The notes under the pieces: generated by a model | The model's input: the letters and a program-made list of their open reading frames with translations, nothing else | Told to the model about the DNA's origin: nothing | Databases searched by the model: none | Translations under genes and position numbers: made by a program | Part shown: in pieces, positions 8,413 through 16,632 of the stretch | Layout: every line of letters starts with the position of its first letter | Numbering within the stretch: position 1 is the first letter of the stretch | NCBI GenBank assembly: GCA_013166775.1 | Contig: JABLTJ010000041.1 | Location: forward strand, 1 to 23,634 | Direction: 5' to 3' | DNA from: Promethearchaeati archaeon | GTDB taxonomy: Archaea; Asgardarchaeota; Heimdallarchaeia; Heimdallarchaeales; Heimdallarchaeaceae | DNA length: 23,634 bases

Positions 8413-9300
8413 TTACTCCTCTAATCTTAGTGCTCTTCTTATTGATGTCATAGTCTCCGTCGCCATTAGTCTATTATTTGAATCTTCATCATTTATAGCT
8501 ATTTCTCCAAGAGGATCTAATGCACTAGGATCATTGAGCAGTCCTAGATTACTTATTGCTTGAAATCTAACTTTGGCATTTTCATCATTTAGCGCTGAGA
8601 GATTTATCTCTAAAAGTTTGGAATCTGTTCCCTCTAGCTTCTGAATGACTTTACTCAATTCCTTTAATGCTAAAAATCTAACATCCCATTCCTTATCCTG
8701 ATATGCTCTTTCTAGATGAGGTGTTGGGTTGCCTTCAACTCTAGATGTCAGAAACTCTACCACAACTTCTCGAACAAGTTTATTTGCATCCAAAAGAAAA
8801 CCAGCAACCATTGATGCTGGTACGTTAACAGAGAAATTCAATAGAGTACTTTTCGCTTCCTCTCTTACTGATTCTGTATCATCTTTGAGTGTTTCAAAAA
8901 GTGGTTTTATAACACTTGGACTTGTGAATTTTTTTAGTTCTCTAGCTGCAGAGAATCTCACTTGTGGATGCTCATCTTTCAATGCTGTAACTATAAATGG
9001 AACTGTATCGGGATTTTTAATCTTACCAAAAGAAGAAATGGTAGACTGTCTAACTTCCCATGCTGTATCTTCTAAAGAATGACTTAAGGCAATTAGTGCG
9101 TGTCTCTCTGTTGTTTTCCCTAAAATATCTGCTGCATAACTGCGAACATTTTTATCATTATCTTGAAGTGATTTGATTATAGCGTCAACTGCTTGATGAT
9201 TGCCTGTAAACTGAGCAAGCTGTTCCAATGCTAATTGACGAAGAGCTGGATTTTCATTCTGTAATAGTATTATATTTTTTACAATTTCTTCTTCTGTCAT
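8413..9300 (-). CDS. HEAT-repeat (PBS-lyase-like) protein
   Basis: About nine ~31-aa repeats of the form L.D....VR..AA..LG. Confidence 0.92.
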   Translation of the reverse strand: MTEEEIVKNIILLQNENPALRQLALEQLAQFTGNHQAVDAIIKSLQDNDKNVRSYAADILGKTTERHALIALSHSLEDTAWEVRQSTISSFGKIKNPDTVPFIVTALKDEHPQVRFSAARELKKFTSPSVIKPLFETLKDDTESVREEAKSTLLNFSVNVPASMVAGFLLDANKLVREVVVEFLTSRVEGNPTPHLERAYQDKEWDVRFLALKELSKVIQKLEGTDSKLLEINLSALNDENAKVRFQAISNLGLLNDPSALDPLGEIAINDEDSNNRLMATETMTSIRRALRLEE

Positions 9301-9510
9301 TACTATAACATCTCAATAACTTTCTTTGCGTCCTTAAGATTAGTTAAACGAACTAAATTTAAAACTAGCGGATACAAATAGAATACTTGCATCACTAAGA
9401 AACTAATCCTCCAACCAGAACTCTTAGCTGCTGAAAAAAGTTATTGCAAAATCTTATATAATTTCATAACTTTTTTATTTTTATTCATAATAAAGATTGG
9501 TTCACCTCTC

Positions 9511-10848
9511 ATGCTTACTCTATCCCAGAAAATTTCATACGGAATCTGTAGGTTTGGTACATCTATTCTCCTAAACATAGTAACTGTTTTTACTTTCTGG
9601 GCTTACAAAGATATCTTTGCTATACCTGCAGAATTAAGCGGAATAGGAAACGCTGTTGGAAAGATAGCAATTGCTTTCTCAGGATTCATATTTGGATATG
9701 TTTCTGATGCAATGGATCCTGCGAAAAGAAAACTAGGAAGAAGAAAATTCTTTATCTGGATTGGAGCACCATTACTCGCTTTTTCTTTTGTGATGCTATT
9801 TACTCCGCATTTGTTTATTTCAGCTGAACATTCCATGATGAGATTTGTTTGGTTGATGATATGGAATTCCATGTTTCATATATTCTATGGTTTCTTACTG
9901 ACTCCATTTCAAGCCTGGATGCCTGAAATAACAAGTGCAGATGAGAGGATAAACGTTTCAGCAATACAAAATATTTCTAATATCACTGCTAGTTTGATTG
10001 GAGCCGGTTATACTCTTATAATTGCACAATATTATACTCAAACTGGAAATTTGGACAGTAGAACTGGAATTCTGATGATTGTTTTTGCAATACTATTTGG
10101 AGTTGTAGAAGTATTGTTTTTCCTTCCAGCTCTTCTTAAAATCAAGGAGAAAAAGGTGCCTTTTGTTAAAAGAAATCTCAAAGAAGAGGTTTCGATTACT
10201 TTGCGAAACCGAAATTATGTAATTTACATGATAAGTTTTAGTATAATGTGGGTAGGTGTAATAATAATTACAGCTATGATTTTAGATTTTATAAACATAA
10301 TACTTGGTTTAGACACTATCCAAAAAACATTAGTCTTTGCTGTAGTAATGTTTCTTGCCCTAGTTGTTGGATTCACTCTATGGACGGTCATAGGGAATAA
10401 AATAGGTAAGAAGAAATCTTTGATTATTGGTTTTGCATGGTCAATGATTTGGATGCCTTTAACGCCTGCAATAGGTAGAATCCCATTTATTCCATTAATT
10501 GTGCAGGGTTATATCTTTGGAATAGGTGCAGTAATTGGAACATCTGCTGCATTTTTGTTTGGTTATGCTATCATTTCTGATTTCGCGGATAAGGATGAAC
10601 AAGAAACTTCTCAAAATAGGGCAGGAGTTTACACTGGATTTAAAAATATTCCAATAAATATAGGACAAGCTGCAGGATACATCATTGCAGGTTTTCTAGC
10701 TTCGTGGAAGGATGATTTAGGATTAACTTGGTTAGGGCCCATTGCTATAATCTTTATAGTGGTCGCCTTTCCTATTTTTCTTCTAGGAAATTATGATCCA
10801 TTTCTAAAACAAGAGAAGGAACAAGAAGTTCCAGTAAAAGCAGAATAA
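9511..10848 (+). CDS. MFS transporter, glycoside-pentoside-hexuronide (MelB-like) type
   Basis: About 12 hydrophobic segments; FGYVSD...GRRK, PFQAWMPEIT..DER, IISDFAD.DE....RAG.Y. Confidence 0.9.
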   Translation: MLTLSQKISYGICRFGTSILLNIVTVFTFWAYKDIFAIPAELSGIGNAVGKIAIAFSGFIFGYVSDAMDPAKRKLGRRKFFIWIGAPLLAFSFVMLFTPHLFISAEHSMMRFVWLMIWNSMFHIFYGFLLTPFQAWMPEITSADERINVSAIQNISNITASLIGAGYTLIIAQYYTQTGNLDSRTGILMIVFAILFGVVEVLFFLPALLKIKEKKVPFVKRNLKEEVSITLRNRNYVIYMISFSIMWVGVIIITAMILDFINIILGLDTIQKTLVFAVVMFLALVVGFTLWTVIGNKIGKKKSLIIGFAWSMIWMPLTPAIGRIPFIPLIVQGYIFGIGAVIGTSAAFLFGYAIISDFADKDEQETSQNRAGVYTGFKNIPINIGQAAGYIIAGFLASWKDDLGLTWLGPIAIIFIVVAFPIFLLGNYDPFLKQEKEQEVPVKAE

Positions 10849-10883
10849 AAATAACTGTAAAAATAAATAAGAAATAAAAAGAA

Positions 10884-11012
10884 TTATGCGCTAAGAAAGC
10901 CATTCTTTGCTGCCAAAGTTAATTGTTCAATTCTACTGACTTCTTTAGCGACTTGATAATTGAATAATTCTTGACCTTTTGTTTGTTTTCTTGTTTTTGT
11001 TTTTGAAGACAT
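10884..11012 (-). CDS. Unannotated small protein, 42 aa (MSSKTKTRKQTKGQELFNYQVAKEVSRIEQLTLAAKNGFLSA)
   Basis: ATG at 11012 preceded by AGGTG SD; TAA at 10884-10886 followed by T-rich tracts; fills an otherwise empty gap. Confidence 0.7.
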   Translation of the reverse strand: MSSKTKTRKQTKGQELFNYQVAKEVSRIEQLTLAAKNGFLSA

Positions 11013-11145
11013 TTTTTTGCACCTATCATAACATAAACTGCTCTTTTATTAAGGATTATTTTAATTAATTCATAAAATAGTTAAACTATTTGGTCATATT
11101 ATACAACTCGGAGTAAAATACACACAACTGTTTATATGATACATA

Positions 11146-11180
11146 AAATCGATCAGTTAGTAGCTTAAACCGATTGGTTA
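11146..11180. promoter_or_regulatory. Pair of quasi-palindromic operator-like boxes
   Basis: AAATCGATCAGTTA (11146-11159) and AAACCGATTGGTTA (11167-11180), 21-bp period, between divergent genes. Confidence 0.45.
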
Positions 11181-11227
11181 AACCATAAGAACAAAACATA
11201 TTTAGAGATGCAAACAATCTCTATTTC

Positions 11228-12034
11228 ATGGTAGAATATACCTTGATTTCTTGGAATGTGAATGGTATTCGAGCTATGTCAAAAAAAGTAATTTATGAAA
11301 AAATAAAATTCAACACATGGTTGAATAGGACTGCACCTGATGCTCTCTGCATTCAAGAAACAAAAGCTCATCCTGAACAGTTAACTGCCAAGCTTCTTAG
11401 TCCACAAGGATACAAGAGCTATTGGAATTCGGGAGAAAGAAAAGGCTATAGCGGAGTTGCTACTTATTCCAAAACTAAACCTCTCCGAGTTAACTATGAG
11501 ATAGGCGAAGAGAAATTTGATGATGAAGGAAGAGTAGTTGAAACTGAATATTCTGACTTTGTTCTCTTTAATGTTTATTTCCCAAATGGAAAATTGAATG
11601 CAGAAAGACTGAAGTACAAATTAGAATTTTATGATTTCTTCTTAGAGTATATAGAAAAGGTTAGATCTAAGGGAAAATCAATAGTTGTTTGTGGAGATGT
11701 TAACACAGCTCACACAGCAATTGATCTCACACACCCAAAGAATAACGAAGATGTTTCAGGTTTTCTACCAATAGAAAGAAAATGGATTGACAAATTATTA
11801 TCCTTGGGATATGTAGACACCTTTCGACATTTCAATAAAGAACCAGAACACTATACCTGGTGGTCTGTTAGAAACATAGTAAAAGGTGTTACTGCTAGAG
11901 AAAGAAATGTAGGCTGGAGAATAGACTATTTCATAGTTTCGGAGGATATAATTGATAAAGTTACAAAATCCTATATGCTGCCTGAAGTGATGGGTTCAGA
12001 TCATTGTCCTATTGTTCTAAAGTTGGCTCTCTAA
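11228..12034 (+). CDS. xth: Exodeoxyribonuclease III / AP endonuclease
   Basis: ISWNVNGIRA, CIQETK, GYSGVA, NVYFPNG, GDVNTAH, YTWWS, GWRIDY, GSDHCP. Confidence 0.97.
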   Translation: MVEYTLISWNVNGIRAMSKKVIYEKIKFNTWLNRTAPDALCIQETKAHPEQLTAKLLSPQGYKSYWNSGERKGYSGVATYSKTKPLRVNYEIGEEKFDDEGRVVETEYSDFVLFNVYFPNGKLNAERLKYKLEFYDFFLEYIEKVRSKGKSIVVCGDVNTAHTAIDLTHPKNNEDVSGFLPIERKWIDKLLSLGYVDTFRHFNKEPEHYTWWSVRNIVKGVTARERNVGWRIDYFIVSEDIIDKVTKSYMLPEVMGSDHCPIVLKLAL

Positions 12035-12098
12035 TATTAGTTGCTGTATAAAGATAAGATTTGACAAAGTTTATTTTTACCTAAAACATCTCCACTAT

Positions 12099-12884
12099 AT
12101 GTTTGAATTGGTAGAGCTAAATGATATAGACGAGAAGAAATTTTGGGATTATGTTCTCAGTGATATACCAAGATATTTCTTCTTCGTTCTAGATTTGAAA
12201 TATTATCCTGAAAGTTGTCGATTCTTTATTGCGATTGAGAATGATAGTATTGTTGGTTTATGCCTTATTTGGAAAAATCATGTTGCACAAGTACGAGGTC
12301 AAGATGAAGAAATCGTAAAAGCCTTAATTGAAATCATTCCAGAAGATATTCCTCTTGACGAGATTAGTGTTGAGTATAAGTATAGAGAGCTTCTGCATTC
12401 TTTGTTTCCTAAACCAAAGAACAGCTATTCAATTCACAGAATGGTGCTCCATAAAGAAAAAATGATTCCTCGATTTCCATTAGATCTACCTTTTACACAG
12501 AGGATTTTGACTAAAGACGATGCTCTAAAGATTGTCAAACTCATGACAAAAGCGGATCCATTCTATTGGGGTAAAACATCTGTTAATGATTTAACTTTTG
12601 ATGAAAATCAGAATTATTATGGTCTTTTTGATGGTAGCAAATTGATTTGTTTCACCTTAGCTTGGATTGATGAGACAGCAGCTATTATCGCAACTGCAGC
12701 TACACATCCCAAATATCAAAATAAAGGCCTTGCTACGTATTTAGTTAATGAGACTGTCCACAGGATGATGGAACATACAGAAATTGCAATTATACATGTG
12801 ATTATTGAGAACAAACCTGCGATAAAGGTATATTCTAAAGTTGGATATGAAGTATATGCAACTCATGAAAATATAAAATTATAG
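12099..12884 (+). CDS. GNAT family N-acetyltransferase (C-terminal GNAT domain)
   Basis: ATHPKYQNKGLA (motif A) and N.PAIKVY.KVGY. Confidence 0.88.
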   Translation: MFELVELNDIDEKKFWDYVLSDIPRYFFFVLDLKYYPESCRFFIAIENDSIVGLCLIWKNHVAQVRGQDEEIVKALIEIIPEDIPLDEISVEYKYRELLHSLFPKPKNSYSIHRMVLHKEKMIPRFPLDLPFTQRILTKDDALKIVKLMTKADPFYWGKTSVNDLTFDENQNYYGLFDGSKLICFTLAWIDETAAIIATAATHPKYQNKGLATYLVNETVHRMMEHTEIAIIHVIIENKPAIKVYSKVGYEVYATHENIKL

Positions 12885-12927
12885 AAATAGGTCAAAGAAA
12901 TTCGAGTTCACTAAACTCAACTGTTTC

Positions 12928-14196
12928 TTAATTATTAGATTTTTTCCGAGTTTTTACAATTAGAAATTCTGCAAAAATATCATTATCCAAATACGCTTTA
13001 CCTGGAAATCTCTGCACTAATTCTTCAGAAGCTTTTGGTTCACACATCTCAATGATCTCTAAACTGTTATTAATAAGTTCGTTAATGTAAGAACTAATAG
13101 GTCTATGAAAACAGAGATTAGGATAGTCTTCCGAGTAATCAATAAGTGCTGGTCTCTCATCAAAATAATTCTGCAATACTCTTAATCTGTCTTCATTTCT
13201 TCGACTACCTTTTGGGATTCGTAAGGTTGTAGTTGCTGGCCAACCAAAAGCAGGATGGACTATACTAAAAATAAAGGTTCCATTTTCTTTTAGAACATAT
13301 GCAATGTTTTTGATTGTAACCTTGTAGTTAGCAATATCCATCAAAGCCATATTGCATACAACTTTGTCAAAAGAACCTCTTTCAAAATTGTTATGAAGTT
13401 CTTCAGCATTTAGCTTCAACAAACAAATTCCTAATTCGTCTTTTTTTTCTCTCTCAATTGCTCTATCAATCATGTTTGAAATATCAATACCTGTTACTTT
13501 AGCCCCAAGTTTAGCTAAGTATCTCACAACAGTACCCTCACCACAAGCGACATCCAGAATTTCTTCATCTTTTTGAGCATCAAGCATTCTATATACATCA
13601 GGTAGGATCAAATGTGTGTGATGATATTCTTCTTCCTCCTCAGGTGATACCCATTTAGAGGCTAAAACATCCCAAGTAGATTTTGGAGTGTAATCATCTA
13701 ATGATTCCAGTCTCTTGTGTCTAACTGATTTTCCAGTTGAAAGAATTCTTTCTGATCCCCAAGCCTGATGAGGGAATTCCTGAGATTTTAATTCTTCTTT
13801 ATAGATGGGCATCCAAACTACTATTTCTTCTTCTGGTTTAAGACCCCCTATTTGGAAGGGGTGGGTACCATTATATTCTGCAAAATCTAAAGCAGGATTA
13901 AGTTTGTCACATTTATGACAAGGAATATTATAGTAGTAGTCATAAATCAAGAATTCTTCCTTTACCATCTTTTCTTCTACACAACTTTTACAAGTAAATT
14001 CTTTGCAAGAAGAACACCAAGCAATTCCATTGAAATGTATCATTCTCCCGCACTTACTACACTCATATTCCCAATGTAGATAACAACGAGGAGTAAAAGA
14101 ATCTACATCATAAGTTGCTTCGTTGAGTGGATAATTCTTTGTAATTTGATAGTATTCTTTACAATAGAAACACATTCCTGATTCAGAAGATGTCAT
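12928..14196 (-). CDS. Cys-rich multi-zinc-finger domain fused to class I SAM methyltransferase
   Basis: Residues 9-96 carry five CxxC and one CxxH pair; C-terminal ILDVACGEG, GIDIS, SFDKVVCNMALMD, FSIVHP, FHRPIS.Y. Confidence 0.85.
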   Translation of the reverse strand: MTSSESGMCFYCKEYYQITKNYPLNEATYDVDSFTPRCYLHWEYECSKCGRMIHFNGIAWCSSCKEFTCKSCVEEKMVKEEFLIYDYYYNIPCHKCDKLNPALDFAEYNGTHPFQIGGLKPEEEIVVWMPIYKEELKSQEFPHQAWGSERILSTGKSVRHKRLESLDDYTPKSTWDVLASKWVSPEEEEEYHHTHLILPDVYRMLDAQKDEEILDVACGEGTVVRYLAKLGAKVTGIDISNMIDRAIEREKKDELGICLLKLNAEELHNNFERGSFDKVVCNMALMDIANYKVTIKNIAYVLKENGTFIFSIVHPAFGWPATTTLRIPKGSRRNEDRLRVLQNYFDERPALIDYSEDYPNLCFHRPISSYINELINNSLEIIEMCEPKASEELVQRFPGKAYLDNDIFAEFLIVKTRKKSNN

Positions 14197-14241
14197 AATA
14201 AAAGAATGAAAAAAGGATATAAAAGTTCTATCTTAAGAAGT

Positions 14242-14838
14242 TCATATTTTTTTTGCTTTAATGAAGAACCAGTATTTATTCACTTCCCTCTCTTCAATAA
14301 TGAAACCTGCTTCCTTTAGATATTCCTCATAGATTCCCTCATCTTGTTTTGTGATTCTTGTCCCATAACCTGTGTTGAATTTCTCTTTATCTGGTAAGGA
14401 TATTGTTAAAGTAATAATGAACTGATCTTTATCAGTATCAATTTTCGAATCCCATATCCATAATTCTCCTCCGGGAGATATTACTCTATGAATCTCTTCG
14501 ATTATTTTCTTCTTATCTTCATGACTCATATACATTCCACTGAAGAAAGAAGTAGCATTATCAAATTCCTCATTTTCAAAAGGTAACTCAGTAGCATCAG
14601 CAACCATCCATTTTGCATTTGGAGCTTTATCTTTAGCTTCATCTATTTCTGATTGAAGCTTATCAATCGCTGTTACTCTCTCTCCCCCAACTTGAGCTAT
14701 TACACCTTCTCCTCCTGCTCCAATATCTATAATTGAGCCTAAAGGTATTTCATTAATGATTATTTCTTGAAAAGGAGTAATCTGCGTTTCAGTTGGATCT
14801 ACTCCGGGAATTTCAGGAATATTCTCATCTTCATTCAT
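14242..14838 (-). CDS. Class I SAM-dependent methyltransferase
   Basis: IIDIGAGGEGVI, ADATELPFENEEFD, HRVISPGG. ATG at 14838 preferred over 14904, but the start is uncertain. Confidence 0.85.
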   Translation of the reverse strand: MNEDENIPEIPGVDPTETQITPFQEIIINEIPLGSIIDIGAGGEGVIAQVGGERVTAIDKLQSEIDEAKDKAPNAKWMVADATELPFENEEFDNATSFFSGMYMSHEDKKKIIEEIHRVISPGGELWIWDSKIDTDKDQFIITLTISLPDKEKFNTGYGTRITKQDEGIYEEYLKEAGFIIEEREVNKYWFFIKAKKI

Positions 14839-14949
14839 GTTTGGAGAGTAATTCGAGAGACTTATAAAATCACTTGTCGATAGATAAGAAGAAACTGTTT
14901 TCATTATTTTGCAAAGCGGGAGACCTTTTTAGATGGGACACCTTATTAG

Positions 14950-14973
14950 AAAAAACCACCATACCGGCAGTGG
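14950..14973 (-). terminator. Hairpin plus U6 tract downstream of the GTPase genes
   Basis: Minus strand CCACUG-CCGGUA-UGGUGG followed by UUUUUU; a T7 run also follows the GTPase stop directly. Confidence 0.35.
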
Positions 14974-15002
14974 AAATAACCTTTATTTCGGATGGAAAAA
15001 AA

Positions 15003-15719
15003 TTAGCTCAAAACTTCTTTAGTTGCTTCTTCTATCTCCTTTATCCCTACACCCTGAATTCCATTAAAAGCAACCCAATGCATTATTGTATCTCTAAGAT
15101 TATGAATCCCTTCCATTGACACACAAGAAGTTTCGATAGTTATAATTTGATCTCCTTCAATGGGAAGTTCATGTTCCTTAGCAAATTCCTTAATATGCTT
15201 CAACGCTTGATTTATTGTTTTATCATCAGGTGTTTCAAGATCTACTTTGTTGGGAACTAGAATAATTAACGTATCTTTAAAAATCCAATCCTTTACATAT
15301 GCAAATCTTAACCAAGTATCCAGTGATTGTAAGGTTTTAACATTTGTTACATCATAAACTAATAATAGAACAGAAACTTTGATCAAAGCAGGAAAACAAT
15401 CAAAAACATCTAGAATTTCGTCAAATGTTGTCGCATGCGGATTATTTTTTTGTCTTTGGCCTGGAAAGATATAGAACTGTGGAGTTGAAGTTATTATCTT
15501 ATCTCCTACAAGAATCTTTTCAGTCATGAACTCAAGTTCGATGTTATAGGACTTCTTAGTCTTGAATAAAATATCTCCATGTTCGATTGAAGTTATATGT
15601 GGATTAATAATTAAACGAGAAAGAACAGACTTTCCAGTAAAACCGTCACCAAGAGGGATGATTGTGCCTGTAGCATAATTCTTCAGCTCGCTTGTCACTT
15701 TTTCACCAATTGAAATCAT
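15003..15719 (-). CDS. Ras-superfamily small GTPase (paralogue B) with non-canonical G3
   Basis: G1 GDGFTGKS; G3 region FYIFPGQ; LLVYDVT; G4 NKVD; G5 ETSC; EGI..L. Confidence 0.88.
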   Translation of the reverse strand: MISIGEKVTSELKNYATGTIIPLGDGFTGKSVLSRLIINPHITSIEHGDILFKTKKSYNIELEFMTEKILVGDKIITSTPQFYIFPGQRQKNNPHATTFDEILDVFDCFPALIKVSVLLLVYDVTNVKTLQSLDTWLRFAYVKDWIFKDTLIILVPNKVDLETPDDKTINQALKHIKEFAKEHELPIEGDQIITIETSCVSMEGIHNLRDTIMHWVAFNGIQGVGIKEIEEATKEVLS

Positions 15720-15867
15720 TTATGAATTCTATTCTAACATATGTAATATATTAATATATTTTGATTTTTACATGATTAAAGAATACTAATCGTATATTCA
15801 AAGAATATTTTCTCATATGGAAATAAAATGTTTGTTAAAGTATCAACGAAAGAAGAATTAGCAAACA

Positions 15868-16632
15868 TTATCTAGTACCTTTGCTTCTCAAACCATTTCT
15901 CCCTACCCAATCAGTTATAGTTTCTTTTAGCAGTTGGACACCCTCCATAGTAAAGCATGAAGTAGGTATCGCTCTGATTTGAAATTCATCTATGGCTATC
16001 CCTTTCTCTTTTATCATTCCATAAATTCCATCTAATAATTGCCAAACATAATTATTATCCGGAAGTTGCAAATCTGTTTTATTTGAAATAAGTATTATCA
16101 AGGTCTTTTCAAAAATCCATTCTCTTGCAAGAGCAACCTTCAACCACATTTCAAGTGACTTTAATGTGTTGGATCTTGAAGTATCGTAAACTAGTAGAAG
16201 AACACTTATTTTTTGCATCGCAGGAAAATAGTGAAATATGCTTAAGATTTCGTCAAATGTCGTTATGTTGGGTGATTCTTTCTGTCTTTGCCCTGGAAAA
16301 ACATAAAATTGCAGAGACGTTGTTACTAAATCTTTGCCTACAAAAATTTTTTCGCTAGAAAATTCTAATTCTATGTTAAGAGATTTTTTTGTATTATAAA
16401 GAATATATGCATGTTCAGTTGAAGATATATCTGGATTCAATAGTAAGCGTGTTAGAACAGATTTTCCCGTTAACCCATCTCCAAGAGGTAGAATAGAACC
16501 AGTTGCATAATATTTGGTTTGACAAAATTGCTCGATTTCCTTAGTACTTTCTTTATCATTATTTTGATTATATTCATTAGAATTTAACCTAGAGTCAGAC
16601 TCAGTGTCAAATTCTCTATCTTGATTCATCAC
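15868..16632 (-). CDS. Ras-superfamily small GTPase (paralogue A) with non-canonical G3 and acidic/Asn-rich N-terminal extension
   Basis: G1 GDGLTGKS; FYVFPGQ; LLVYDTS; G4 NKTD; G5 PTSC. Start (GTG 16632 or ATG 16629) overlaps the upstream TGA. Confidence 0.88.
   Translation of the reverse strand: MMNQDREFDTESDSRLNSNEYNQNNDKESTKEIEQFCQTKYYATGSILPLGDGLTGKSVLTRLLLNPDISSTEHAYILYNTKKSLNIELEFSSEKIFVGKDLVTTSLQFYVFPGQRQKESPNITTFDEILSIFHYFPAMQKISVLLLVYDTSRSNTLKSLEMWLKVALAREWIFEKTLIILISNKTDLQLPDNNYVWQLLDGIYGMIKEKGIAIDEFQIRAIPTSCFTMEGVQLLKETITDWVGRNGLRSKGTR

Noticed and set aside
9303-9392. 29-aa minus-strand ORF (MQVFYLYPLVLNL...) upstream of the HEAT gene
   Set aside because: The GGAGG is too far from the start, and the ORF spans the likely TATA box of the HEAT gene.
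14905-14995. Superficial resemblance to the Moco/Tuco RNA motif (UCCGA...UAUGG...CUCCCG)
   Set aside because: I could not build the multi-stem structure or a P1 helix, and the downstream gene is not Mo/W related.
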